DNA from: Myxococcota bacterium
GTDB lineage: Bacteria; Myxococcota_A; UBA796; CAJQPC01
Length of the DNA stretch: 64,000 bases
Direction of reading: 5' to 3'
NCBI GenBank assembly: GCA_036229005.1
Contig: JAZAMN010000024.1
Span: 192,001-256,000, forward strand
Shown: piece by piece, positions 9,009 to 17,114 of the stretch
How the letters are laid out: each line of letters starts with the position of its first letter
Numbering within the stretch: the first letter of the stretch is position 1
Program-made: the position numbers and the translations under genes
The notes under the pieces: model-generated
Seen by the model: the letters and a program-made list of their open reading frames with translations, nothing else
Databases searched by the model: none
Told to the model about the DNA's origin: nothing

Positions 9009-10496
9009 TCAGCCGTTCCACCCCGCCCGAATCACCGCCTTCTGCACCTTCCCCATCGCGTTCCGGGGCAGGGCGTCCACGCGCCGCAGCTCCTTGGGGC
9101 ACTTGAAGGCGGCCAGCTCGGCGCGGCAGAAGTCCACCAATGCCGAGGGCTCCGCGTCGCCGACGAACACGCCCACGACCTGCTCGCCCCAGTCCGGGTG
9201 GGGGACGCCGACGATGGCGACCTCGCTGACGCCGGGGTGCTCCAGGAGTATGGTCTCCACCTCTCGCGGGTAGACGTTGAGCCCACCGGTGATGACCATG
9301 TCCCCAGCCCTCCCGACGATCGTGAAGTAGCCGTCGGCGCTCACCGAGCCCAGATCGCCGGTGTGCATCCAGCCGTCGCCGATCGCGGCCTGGGTCTGCT
9401 CGGGGAGGCCCAGGTAGCCGAGCATCACGCTGGGGCCGTGGATGCGGATCTCGCCCACCTGGTCGGGGCCCAGCTCCTGGCCGCTCTCCAGGTCGGTGAC
9501 CTTGGCCTGGGCGTGGGGGAGGGGGAAGCCCACGGTGCCCGCGCGGCGCTCGCCGTCGTAGGGGTTGGAGAGCACGATGCCGACCTCCGACATGCCGTAG
9601 CGCTCCAGGATGCGCAGGCCGGTGCGCTGCTCGAAGGCGCGGTGGACGGCGGCGGGGAGGGGGGCCGAGCCGCTGGTGAACAGGCGCATGGACGACAGGT
9701 CGGCCTGGACCTGGGACTGGAGCAGCCGGTGGTGGAAGGTGGGCACGCCCATGAACACGCTCACCTGGTGGGCCTCGATGGCTCCCCACACCGCGTCGGC
9801 GTCAAAGCGGGGCAGCCACAGGGTCTGCGCGCCGGCCCACAAGGCCACGAACTGGGCGACCACCAGGCCGTGGACGTGGAAGAGGGGGAGGCAGTGGAGC
9901 TGTACGTCCTCTGCGGTCCACCGCCAGGCTTCGTGGAGCCCCTCAATGGCCGCCAGCAGGTTCCCATGCGAGGACAACGCACCCTTGGGCCGCCCCGTGG
10001 TGCCGCTGGTGTAGAGCAGCATGGCCGGGGTCTCCAGCGGCAGTTGGGGCGGGGGCTCAGTGCACGGCGTGGCCATCCTGAGGGCCGTGGGCAGCACGGC
10101 CGCGGGCTCGACGGGGCAGGGCGCGGTGTCCCCAAGCTCGGTGAAGCGCTCGCTCAGGAGCACTGCCCTGCTGGCGCCCGAGTCCTCCAGGGCAAAGCGC
10201 AGCTCCCGCGCGGTGTAGGCGCGGTTCAGGGGGAGGACGGTCAGCCCCTCGGACATGGCGGCCAGGGCCAGCTCCAGCATCGCGGGGTGGCGGGGCATCT
10301 GCAGGGCCAGCGTGTCGCCGCGGCCAAGGCTCCGCTGCCGCAGCCAGGTGCGCGCGCGGTCGATGGACTGGCCGAGCTGCCGGTAGGTCTGGTCCGGGCC
10401 GGGGCTCAGCGGCTGCTCGCTCCAGTCACCGACGAAGCCCACGGCGGGGCGTCCAGGTTCGGTCCAGCGGGCGCGGAGGCGGGCGACCCAGCTCAT
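9009..10496 (-). CDS. AMP-dependent acyl-CoA synthetase (MatB/malonyl-CoA synthetase-like)
   Basis: YTSGTTGRPKG, LPLFHVHGL, SGSAPLP, ILERYGMSE, GWMHTGDLG, LPRNAMGKVQK; AAGGAG upstream. Confidence 0.88.
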   Translation of the reverse strand: MSWVARLRARWTEPGRPAVGFVGDWSEQPLSPGPDQTYRQLGQSIDRARTWLRQRSLGRGDTLALQMPRHPAMLELALAAMSEGLTVLPLNRAYTARELRFALEDSGASRAVLLSERFTELGDTAPCPVEPAAVLPTALRMATPCTEPPPQLPLETPAMLLYTSGTTGRPKGALSSHGNLLAAIEGLHEAWRWTAEDVQLHCLPLFHVHGLVVAQFVALWAGAQTLWLPRFDADAVWGAIEAHQVSVFMGVPTFHHRLLQSQVQADLSSMRLFTSGSAPLPAAVHRAFEQRTGLRILERYGMSEVGIVLSNPYDGERRAGTVGFPLPHAQAKVTDLESGQELGPDQVGEIRIHGPSVMLGYLGLPEQTQAAIGDGWMHTGDLGSVSADGYFTIVGRAGDMVITGGLNVYPREVETILLEHPGVSEVAIVGVPHPDWGEQVVGVFVGDAEPSALVDFCRAELAAFKCPKELRRVDALPRNAMGKVQKAVIRAGWNG

Positions 10497-10503
10497 GGGC
10501 ATC

Positions 10504-10537
10504 TCCTTTGGGGACACAGGTCCTTTGGGGACACAGG
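10504..10537. repeat. 17-bp perfect direct tandem repeat x2
   Basis: TCCTTTGGGGACACAGG at 10504-10520 and 10521-10537, overlapping the RBS region of the acyl-CoA synthetase. Confidence 0.85.
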
Positions 10538-10554
10538 GATAACGCCCGCGCAGG

Positions 10555-11535
10555 CTACTCCACCCGCTCCAGCTCGCCGGCGACGATGCGGTCCCGCCAC
10601 TGCTGGAAGCGCTCGGGGTCCACAGCCCGTCCTCGCTGGTCCCGCTGGCTGCTGCACCAGCTACTGGGCTGCACGCGGATAAGCGGTAGACCCGTCGCTG
10701 CGAAGGCCCTGTCCTGCTCCCTCCACAGCGCGTTGAGCAGGTCCGTCGCGGAGTGCTCCGGGCCCAGGACCGCCACCACGCCCAGCTCTCCGTCCTGGAA
10801 GCGCCCCAGGGTCAGCAGCTCGCCCAGGTAGCGCTCGGCGATGGCGCCCACGATCTCGTGGAAGTGCTCCGGCTCGGCCATGCCCTCGAAGAACCAGATG
10901 CTGCCCTCGGGGAGGTCGAAGGCGGGCTGGGGGTGCAGCGCAGGCCCGTCCCCACCTTGGGGCTCCTGGGGTGCTCCCTGCTCCTCTTCGCTCGGTCCCG
11001 CCGGCGAGGTCACCCTGTCCTCGTTTGCGTCCAGATCGCGCAGATCCTGGGTGAGCCGACGCTCCTGGGCGGGGTCGACCCCCATGACGGAGTGGGTGGC
11101 CTCCCTCCTCGCCTGCTCCAGCTCCCGACGCAGCATCTCCGCGGCGGCCCGCTCGATGCCGACGAGCCCCTCCGCGCGCGCGAGCTGCTCCCGCAGGCTG
11201 ACGATGCGGTCGAAGGCGTGGCGGGACTCGGCCTCCATGCGCTCGGCGTTCACGTTCGCGCGCTGGGCGCTGCGCTCGGCCCACTCTTGTGCCTGCTCGG
11301 CGGCGCGCCTGGCCTGGTTGGCGTCCTCGAGCTGGCTCCGGAGCGCCTCCAGCTCGGCCTGGGCGGCCTCCAGCTCGATCTGGGAGGCCGGCTTCACGGC
11401 GGCGAGCTCGGCGCGCAGACCCCGGAGCTGCTCCCGGAGCAGACGCGACTCGGCCCGGGCGCGGTCCCGCTCCGCCTGGCAGCGGCTCAGGGCCTCCCGG
11501 GCCTCGTTCAGTTCAACGTTGGGGTCGGTGGGCAC
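10555..11535 (-). CDS. Hypothetical protein with a long N-terminal coiled coil
   Basis: E/R/A/L-rich heptads over about 170 aa, then a globular C-terminus; TACACT 6 nt before GTG. Confidence 0.65.
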   Translation of the reverse strand: MPTDPNVELNEAREALSRCQAERDRARAESRLLREQLRGLRAELAAVKPASQIELEAAQAELEALRSQLEDANQARRAAEQAQEWAERSAQRANVNAERMEAESRHAFDRIVSLREQLARAEGLVGIERAAAEMLRRELEQARREATHSVMGVDPAQERRLTQDLRDLDANEDRVTSPAGPSEEEQGAPQEPQGGDGPALHPQPAFDLPEGSIWFFEGMAEPEHFHEIVGAIAERYLGELLTLGRFQDGELGVVAVLGPEHSATDLLNALWREQDRAFAATGLPLIRVQPSSWCSSQRDQRGRAVDPERFQQWRDRIVAGELERVE

Positions 11536-11559
11536 CGCGGCAGTGTACCCGCTGCCGAC

Positions 11560-13263
11560 TCAGGAGAGGTCGCGGCCGCGGATCCACCGGCCGTAGGCCA
11601 CGATCAAGACGGCGCTCACGACGCCGACGATGCCCATGATGTCCCAGAACAGCGAGACGTTGTGGCTCGCGTAGAGCTCCTGGGTCAGCGGGTTGGCGAC
11701 GGTGTTGTAGATGGTCTCCAGGTGGGGGCCGGCCTGCTCCAGCAGGGGCGCGGCGGTCTCCTCGGGGAGGGCGGCGGCCAGGTCCTTGGGCACCGCGTCG
11801 TGCAGGTCCCACACGCCGATGCCCTGGGCGGAGAGCGCCTGGGCCGCGTCGGGGGTCATGCCGGGCAGGTCGGTCAGGGCCATCTCGTCGATGCGGGAGA
11901 GGACCAGGGTGTCGAAGGCCTCGCCCTCGGGGATGGCGTCCACGGCGGCCTGGGCCAGGCCCTCTTCCAGCATCAGCTCGCGGGAGAAGAGCTCCTTGGA
12001 GGCCAGCATGCCGTAGAGCTCGGGGCCGACCTTGCCCTCCAGGGCGCCGCCCAGGGCCAGGGGGATCTGGGAGAAGCCCAGGTACATGGCCTTCTTGTCG
12101 GAGGGGGCGATGTTGCCGATGAACTCGCCGGTCTTGGGGGAGGAGAGCATCTCGCCGACGGAGAAGAAGGCGATGCTGCCGAAGCAGATCCAGCCCATCG
12201 TGGACTGGCCGACCAGGAACATGGACAGCGAGGCCATCAGCGCGCCCAGGGCCATGGAGGTCGTGGGGCGCACCAGGCCGCTGGCCCAGCCAAAGAAGAA
12301 GGCGGTCAGCATGATCAGCAGGGCGTTGACGTTGAGCAGGCCCTCGGGCTGGATCTGGGTGCCGTACTGGTTGGTGACGATGAAGAAGTTCACCACCGGG
12401 TTGTCGGAGCCGCCCTCGCCGAACAGCGTGGTGAGGATGTCGCCGGTCCAGACCCACTCGTCGATGTAGACGGGCAGCACGTCAAAGAGCGCGCTGAACA
12501 TGAACCAGAAGCCGCTGAGCAGCAGCAGGAAGCTCCACAGGTGGGGCTTGGCCAGCTCCTTGAGGGAGTCCACAAGCAGGTTGTCCTGCTCGCCGCTCTC
12601 CTTCTGGGCGGCCAGCTTGGCCTCGCGCTCCTCCTTCCCGGGCTCCTTGTACATGAACAGGAAGAGGAAGTTGACGGAGATGACCACGGCGCAGGCCAGG
12701 AACACCCACTTCCAGTCCATCTTGCGCATGAAGCCGGCCAGCAGGGGGCCCATGAAGCCGCCGATGTTGACCGTCTGGTAGAAGATGCCCCAGGCGACCG
12801 AGGAGTTCTCGGGCTTGGTGGCCTTGACCAGGGTGCCCTGGATGCCGGGCTTGAACACCGCGGTGCCGGTGGCCAGCAGGACCGCGCCGGCCATGAAGCC
12901 GCCGTAGCTGGCGAACTGGAACATCACCAGGTAGCCCAGGATCTTGATGACCGTGGACACGGCGATGGTCTGCTTGTAGCCCATGCGGTCGGAGATCCCG
13001 CCGGTGAACACGGGCAGCACCGACTGGATGAGCGTCCAGATCAGCAGCAGGTTGCCGTACTGGGACATCGTGATGCCCAGGCCGCCCTTGGACACCGGGT
13101 CCTTGGCGTAGAGGCCCACGACGGCCTTGACCCCGTAGTAGGCCAGGCGCTCGACCATCTCCATGCCGCCGACGATCCAGAAGACGTAGGAGAGGCTGCT
13201 GATGGCCGCGAACAGGCCGAGCTGCTTGACCTGCTCGGAGCTGGTCTGGGTGTTGCTTGCCAC
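11560..13263 (-). CDS. MFS transporter, POT/peptide transporter-like
   Basis: EMVERLAYYG, GGISDRMGYK, GTAVFKP, FYQTVNIGG, SVGEMLSSP; AAAGGAG before GTG 13263. Confidence 0.85.
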   Translation of the reverse strand: MASNTQTSSEQVKQLGLFAAISSLSYVFWIVGGMEMVERLAYYGVKAVVGLYAKDPVSKGGLGITMSQYGNLLLIWTLIQSVLPVFTGGISDRMGYKQTIAVSTVIKILGYLVMFQFASYGGFMAGAVLLATGTAVFKPGIQGTLVKATKPENSSVAWGIFYQTVNIGGFMGPLLAGFMRKMDWKWVFLACAVVISVNFLFLFMYKEPGKEEREAKLAAQKESGEQDNLLVDSLKELAKPHLWSFLLLLSGFWFMFSALFDVLPVYIDEWVWTGDILTTLFGEGGSDNPVVNFFIVTNQYGTQIQPEGLLNVNALLIMLTAFFFGWASGLVRPTTSMALGALMASLSMFLVGQSTMGWICFGSIAFFSVGEMLSSPKTGEFIGNIAPSDKKAMYLGFSQIPLALGGALEGKVGPELYGMLASKELFSRELMLEEGLAQAAVDAIPEGEAFDTLVLSRIDEMALTDLPGMTPDAAQALSAQGIGVWDLHDAVPKDLAAALPEETAAPLLEQAGPHLETIYNTVANPLTQELYASHNVSLFWDIMGIVGVVSAVLIVAYGRWIRGRDLS

Positions 13264-13369
13264 GAAGGGGCTCCTTTGGGGCGAGGCCCGAAAAATGCGG
13301 CTCAAGGTAGCCCAAAGTGGCGCTCAGGTCACGGCGGGGTGCCGCCCTCCCCGGGCTCGAGCCGCCGTC

Positions 13370-14923
13370 TCATTGCGTCGCTGGCATCGGGAAGGTGGTC
13401 TGCGGCGGGTACCACAGCGCGTCCGAGTCCAGATACGCGGCGGGCATCTCCAGCAGGGCGCAGTCCCGGGCACCCACGGCGCCCAGCCACCCGTGCAGGA
13501 AGGAGACGTCGCCCTTGGCGGCCAGCAGGGACACCGGGACCACCTTCACGGGGTGGCCCACCCGCACGCGCTCGGGGATCAGGTACTCGGCGCCCAGCGC
13601 GGCCACGTCCCGGTCGGTGAGCCCCAGCGGGTCCACCACGGAGAGCTCCAGGGGGCTGTAGTAGGCGATGCCGCCGGGCATCTTGGCGTGCACCGTCATC
13701 GGCCCGCACGCGGAGATGTAGGCGGCCATGTCGTCGATGATCTGTTGGGACACGACCTGGGGCCTGAGCCCGTGCCGGCGGATCGCCGACCAGGACTGGA
13801 ACTCGTAGTAGTAGGCGCGCTCGTCCACGATCCCGCTCTCCGGGATCTCATGGGGATCGCCAGGGGGAGCCTGGGGCAGGAGAGGGGAGAGGCAGGACAG
13901 CCCCAAGAACACCCCGGTCCACCCCTGCGACCGCGGGTGCGCCCGCCACAGCTCCAGCAACCCCAGCCCAAGCGAGGACAGGCCGAGCACGACCAGCACC
14001 AGCCAGAAGCGCCCCCGCATGAAGTCGCCGCCCACGACCACCACGTACACCAGGTGCATCAGCGCGCCCAGCGGCAGCGCCCAGGTCGGCTGACCCCGCA
14101 GGCGCCAGAGCCCCAGACCCACCCCCGCCAGAGACAGCAGCGCGACGCCGGGCTCGTGGACCACCCAGTCCTGCAGGTAGACCCAGCCCTGGGCGATCGC
14201 GTCGGCCGTGCTGGGGAAGATCCCCACCTTGGCGCGGGCCGTGTTGGGCAGCGGGTCGCCGTAATAGAGCGTGGCGAAGGCCAGCCAGGCCAGCATCGGT
14301 AGCCCCCCCAGAGCCGCCTGCAGCCAGCGCTTTGGGGTCTTGAGCTCCCGGGCCAGCAGCAGCGCGCTGGGCAGCGCGGCGGCCGCCATGTCCATGCGGT
14401 TCAGGCCCAGCAGGGCCCAGAGCAGGGAGAGCACGAATGGGCGCTGGAAGCCGCGTTGGCTCAACTCCCAGGCCACCCCGATCAGCAGCGCGTGGCTGAG
14501 GCTGTTCTCCAGACCCGAGGTCGAGAAGGCCAGCCAGGACTCGCTGGTCCCCAGCAGCAGTGTGGTGACGCCCGCCAGCACCAGGGACTGCGCGGAGCCC
14601 TCCCCCTTCTGCAGGAGCATCCCCGCCCAGCCGGCCACCGCCACCCCGGAGAACACCAGCCCCAGCACCATCGCGCTGCGCCAGGGCGCCGCACCCAGCG
14701 CCTGACAGGCCGCCAGCACGCCGAACCAGAGCGGGTGGGTGTACCCCTGCACCCGCTCGCCGATGTTGAACACCGGACCGTTCCCTCCCGCGAGCTGCTG
14801 GAGGTGGCGCAGGGTGATCAGCGCGTCATCGCTCAGCCAGGCGACCTGCAGCGCGAGCCCAGCGACCGCGAGGCCACAGGACAGAGCGATGAACGCACGC
14901 ACGCTGGGCCGCAGGGGACTCAC
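13370..14923 (-). CDS. GT-C-fold membrane glycosyltransferase (AftB/PMT-like)
   Basis: SDDALITLR..L..GNGPVFNIGERVQGYTHPLW, SGLEN, YYGDPLPNT..AK, GGDFMRGRF, DPLGLTD; multiple TM helices. Confidence 0.75.
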   Translation of the reverse strand: MSPLRPSVRAFIALSCGLAVAGLALQVAWLSDDALITLRHLQQLAGGNGPVFNIGERVQGYTHPLWFGVLAACQALGAAPWRSAMVLGLVFSGVAVAGWAGMLLQKGEGSAQSLVLAGVTTLLLGTSESWLAFSTSGLENSLSHALLIGVAWELSQRGFQRPFVLSLLWALLGLNRMDMAAAALPSALLLARELKTPKRWLQAALGGLPMLAWLAFATLYYGDPLPNTARAKVGIFPSTADAIAQGWVYLQDWVVHEPGVALLSLAGVGLGLWRLRGQPTWALPLGALMHLVYVVVVGGDFMRGRFWLVLVVLGLSSLGLGLLELWRAHPRSQGWTGVFLGLSCLSPLLPQAPPGDPHEIPESGIVDERAYYYEFQSWSAIRRHGLRPQVVSQQIIDDMAAYISACGPMTVHAKMPGGIAYYSPLELSVVDPLGLTDRDVAALGAEYLIPERVRVGHPVKVVPVSLLAAKGDVSFLHGWLGAVGARDCALLEMPAAYLDSDALWYPPQTTFPMPATQ

Positions 14924-14955
14924 GCCGGGAGTGTACCTCAGCCGCCCCGGCGCGC

Positions 14956-16458
14956 TCAGCGCTGGACCTGCACCACGCCGCCGATGTTCTCGGGCCCGAT
15001 GCTCACGACCAGGGAGCCGGTGGCCCCCTTGGGCAGCCCGTTGCCCAGGATCTCCAGGCCCCCCAGGCCGCGCACGCCGTCGATGTTCATCACGGACTGG
15101 AGCTTGGGGTTTGAGAGCACCCGCAGCGCGCCGCCCACCCGCACCAGCCCGTCCAGGCCCCGCAGGGACTGCAGGCGGTCGTTGTCGTGGATGTAGAGCT
15201 GCCCGTCCACCAGGGCCAGGGACTCCAGGCCGGTCAGGTTCGCCAGGCGCTTGTTGTCCGCGATCTCCACGCTCTCAGCGCGCACGAGCTCGGTCAGCCC
15301 GATGTCCATCAGCGCGGGGTTGCCCTGGATGCTCAGGCTGCCGACCACCGCCAGCGCGGGCCCGGAGGCCGTTAGCAGCGAGGCGTTGTCGTGCAGCACC
15401 AGGCTCCCGACCCGGGTGAGCGAGCGGGGACCGTTCAAGCTGCGCAGCGTGTCCTCGTTTGCGATCCGCAGCTCCCCCTTGACGAGGGTGAGGGCCTCGA
15501 GGCCAGAGAGGTTGGCCAAGCTGTTGTCCCGCAGCAGCAGCCCCCCCTCCACCAGGACCAGCTTGCCCAGGCCGGAGAGGTCCACGAGGCGGCTGTTGCC
15601 CATGATCACCAGCTCGCCGTCCACCGCGCGCAGGGCGTCCAGGCCGGACAGGGTGCGCAGGCCGCGGTTGTCCTGGATGACCAGGGTGCCGGTGGATTGC
15701 AGGCCCAGGGGCCCGAGCTCCTGCAGGCTGGGGTTGTCGGCGATCACCAGGCCATTGGACAGGGAGGCGACCCCGGAGAGGCCGGAGAGCTGCCGCAGAG
15801 AGGCGTTCCCGCTGAGCTGCAGGCCCTTGGCGCTGTGCAGGCCGGAGAGCCCGGAGAGGTCCTGCAGGGCGGCGTTGCCCTCGATGTCGATCTGGCCCAG
15901 GGACTCCAGGCGCTCCAGGCCGCTGAGGCTGGTGAGCTTGTCGTTGTCGACGATGCGCAGGTCTCCGCCCACCGACTCCAGGCGCGCGAGGCCCGAGAGG
16001 TCGCTCACCCCGGAGAGCTTCACCAGCTCCAGCTTGCCGCTCACGGAGCCGAGGCAGCCCAGGGCGCTCAGGTCCTCCAGGCCGTCCAGGCCCACCAGAC
16101 GCAGGTTCCCCTGCACGCTGTTGTAGTCCTGGGCCCAGGTCACCAGGGCGTCTTCGGAGGAGAAGACCAGATCGCCCACGAAGGGGCCGCGGCCCTCACA
16201 TTCGTCCCAATCGCCCGTGTCGCCGGTGTCCCAGCCCGTGTCCCCGCTGTCCATCGGGCCGCTGTCCACCGCCCCGGTGTCTGCGGTATCCCCGCTGTCC
16301 GCAGGAGGCGCGGTGTCCGCAGTGTCCGCGGTGTCTGCCGAGTCCAGCAGCTCCTGGGCGCTGTCCAGCACCTCCTGGATCACCCCCTCCTGGGCGAGGG
16401 CCGCCCCCGCGCCGCCCAGGAACACCGAGACGCCGATGGGGAGCAGCCAGCGCTTCAT
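14956..16458 (-). CDS. Secreted receptor-L-domain / leucine-rich repeat protein with a DT/DS-rich linker
   Basis: Signal peptide MKRWLL...ALA; many repeats of L.I.dN..L.sLsGL..L..V.G; ATGA overlap with the RluA gene. Confidence 0.8.
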   Translation of the reverse strand: MKRWLLPIGVSVFLGGAGAALAQEGVIQEVLDSAQELLDSADTADTADTAPPADSGDTADTGAVDSGPMDSGDTGWDTGDTGDWDECEGRGPFVGDLVFSSEDALVTWAQDYNSVQGNLRLVGLDGLEDLSALGCLGSVSGKLELVKLSGVSDLSGLARLESVGGDLRIVDNDKLTSLSGLERLESLGQIDIEGNAALQDLSGLSGLHSAKGLQLSGNASLRQLSGLSGVASLSNGLVIADNPSLQELGPLGLQSTGTLVIQDNRGLRTLSGLDALRAVDGELVIMGNSRLVDLSGLGKLVLVEGGLLLRDNSLANLSGLEALTLVKGELRIANEDTLRSLNGPRSLTRVGSLVLHDNASLLTASGPALAVVGSLSIQGNPALMDIGLTELVRAESVEIADNKRLANLTGLESLALVDGQLYIHDNDRLQSLRGLDGLVRVGGALRVLSNPKLQSVMNIDGVRGLGGLEILGNGLPKGATGSLVVSIGPENIGGVVQVQR

Positions 16459-17078
16459 TGCTGGCTCCGGAGCCGCTCCAGGTGGGCGGCCAGCTCAGGG
16501 GGCAGGGGCGAGCGCACCGGCTCCTGGTCGGGGAGGGCCAGGGAGGCCGCGTGCAGCCAGAGCCGCTTGGGCGCGCCCTCGGGGTGCTTGTTGGCCCGCC
16601 GCTTGTAGCGCCGATCCCCGACGATGGGGTGGCGGATGCTCAGCAGGTGCTGCCGGAGCTGGTGCTTGCGGCCGGTGCTGGGGTGCAGCTCGACCAGGGT
16701 CAGGGGGCCGCTGTCGCTCTCGAAGGCCGCCAGCATGCGCAGCTCCGTCTCCGCGTCCTTGCCGTCGATGGGCGCCGAGATGCGGCCCACCGGCTTGAGC
16801 TTCCCGAATACGAGCGCCAGGTAGCGCTTGTTGCAGAGGCCCTGCTCGAAGAGCTTGGAGGCGTCGCGCCGGGCGGCCTTCCTACCCACCAGGAGCACCC
16901 CGGAGGTGTCCTTGTCCAGGCGGTGCACGGGCATCATGCCCTTGAGGATGCCGGACTGCTGGGCGAGCCAGCCGTTCAGGTCCTCACCGCCTTCAGCGTT
17001 CTGGTGGGTCGCCATTCCGGCGGGCTTGTGCACCCAGGCGAGGTCACCCTGGTGCGTGATGAGGCGGGGCTTGTCCAT
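16455..17078 (-). CDS. RluA-family pseudouridine synthase
   Basis: HKPAGMATH, VHRLDKDTSGVLL, TGRKHQLRQH, HPIVGDRRY, LWLHA. Confidence 0.92.
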   Translation of the reverse strand: MDKPRLITHQGDLAWVHKPAGMATHQNAEGGEDLNGWLAQQSGILKGMMPVHRLDKDTSGVLLVGRKAARRDASKLFEQGLCNKRYLALVFGKLKPVGRISAPIDGKDAETELRMLAAFESDSGPLTLVELHPSTGRKHQLRQHLLSIRHPIVGDRRYKRRANKHPEGAPKRLWLHAASLALPDQEPVRSPLPPELAAHLERLRSQQ

Positions 17079-17114
17079 GCTGCCAAGCTAACCGCCCCGC
17101 CTCCGCCGGGGACA

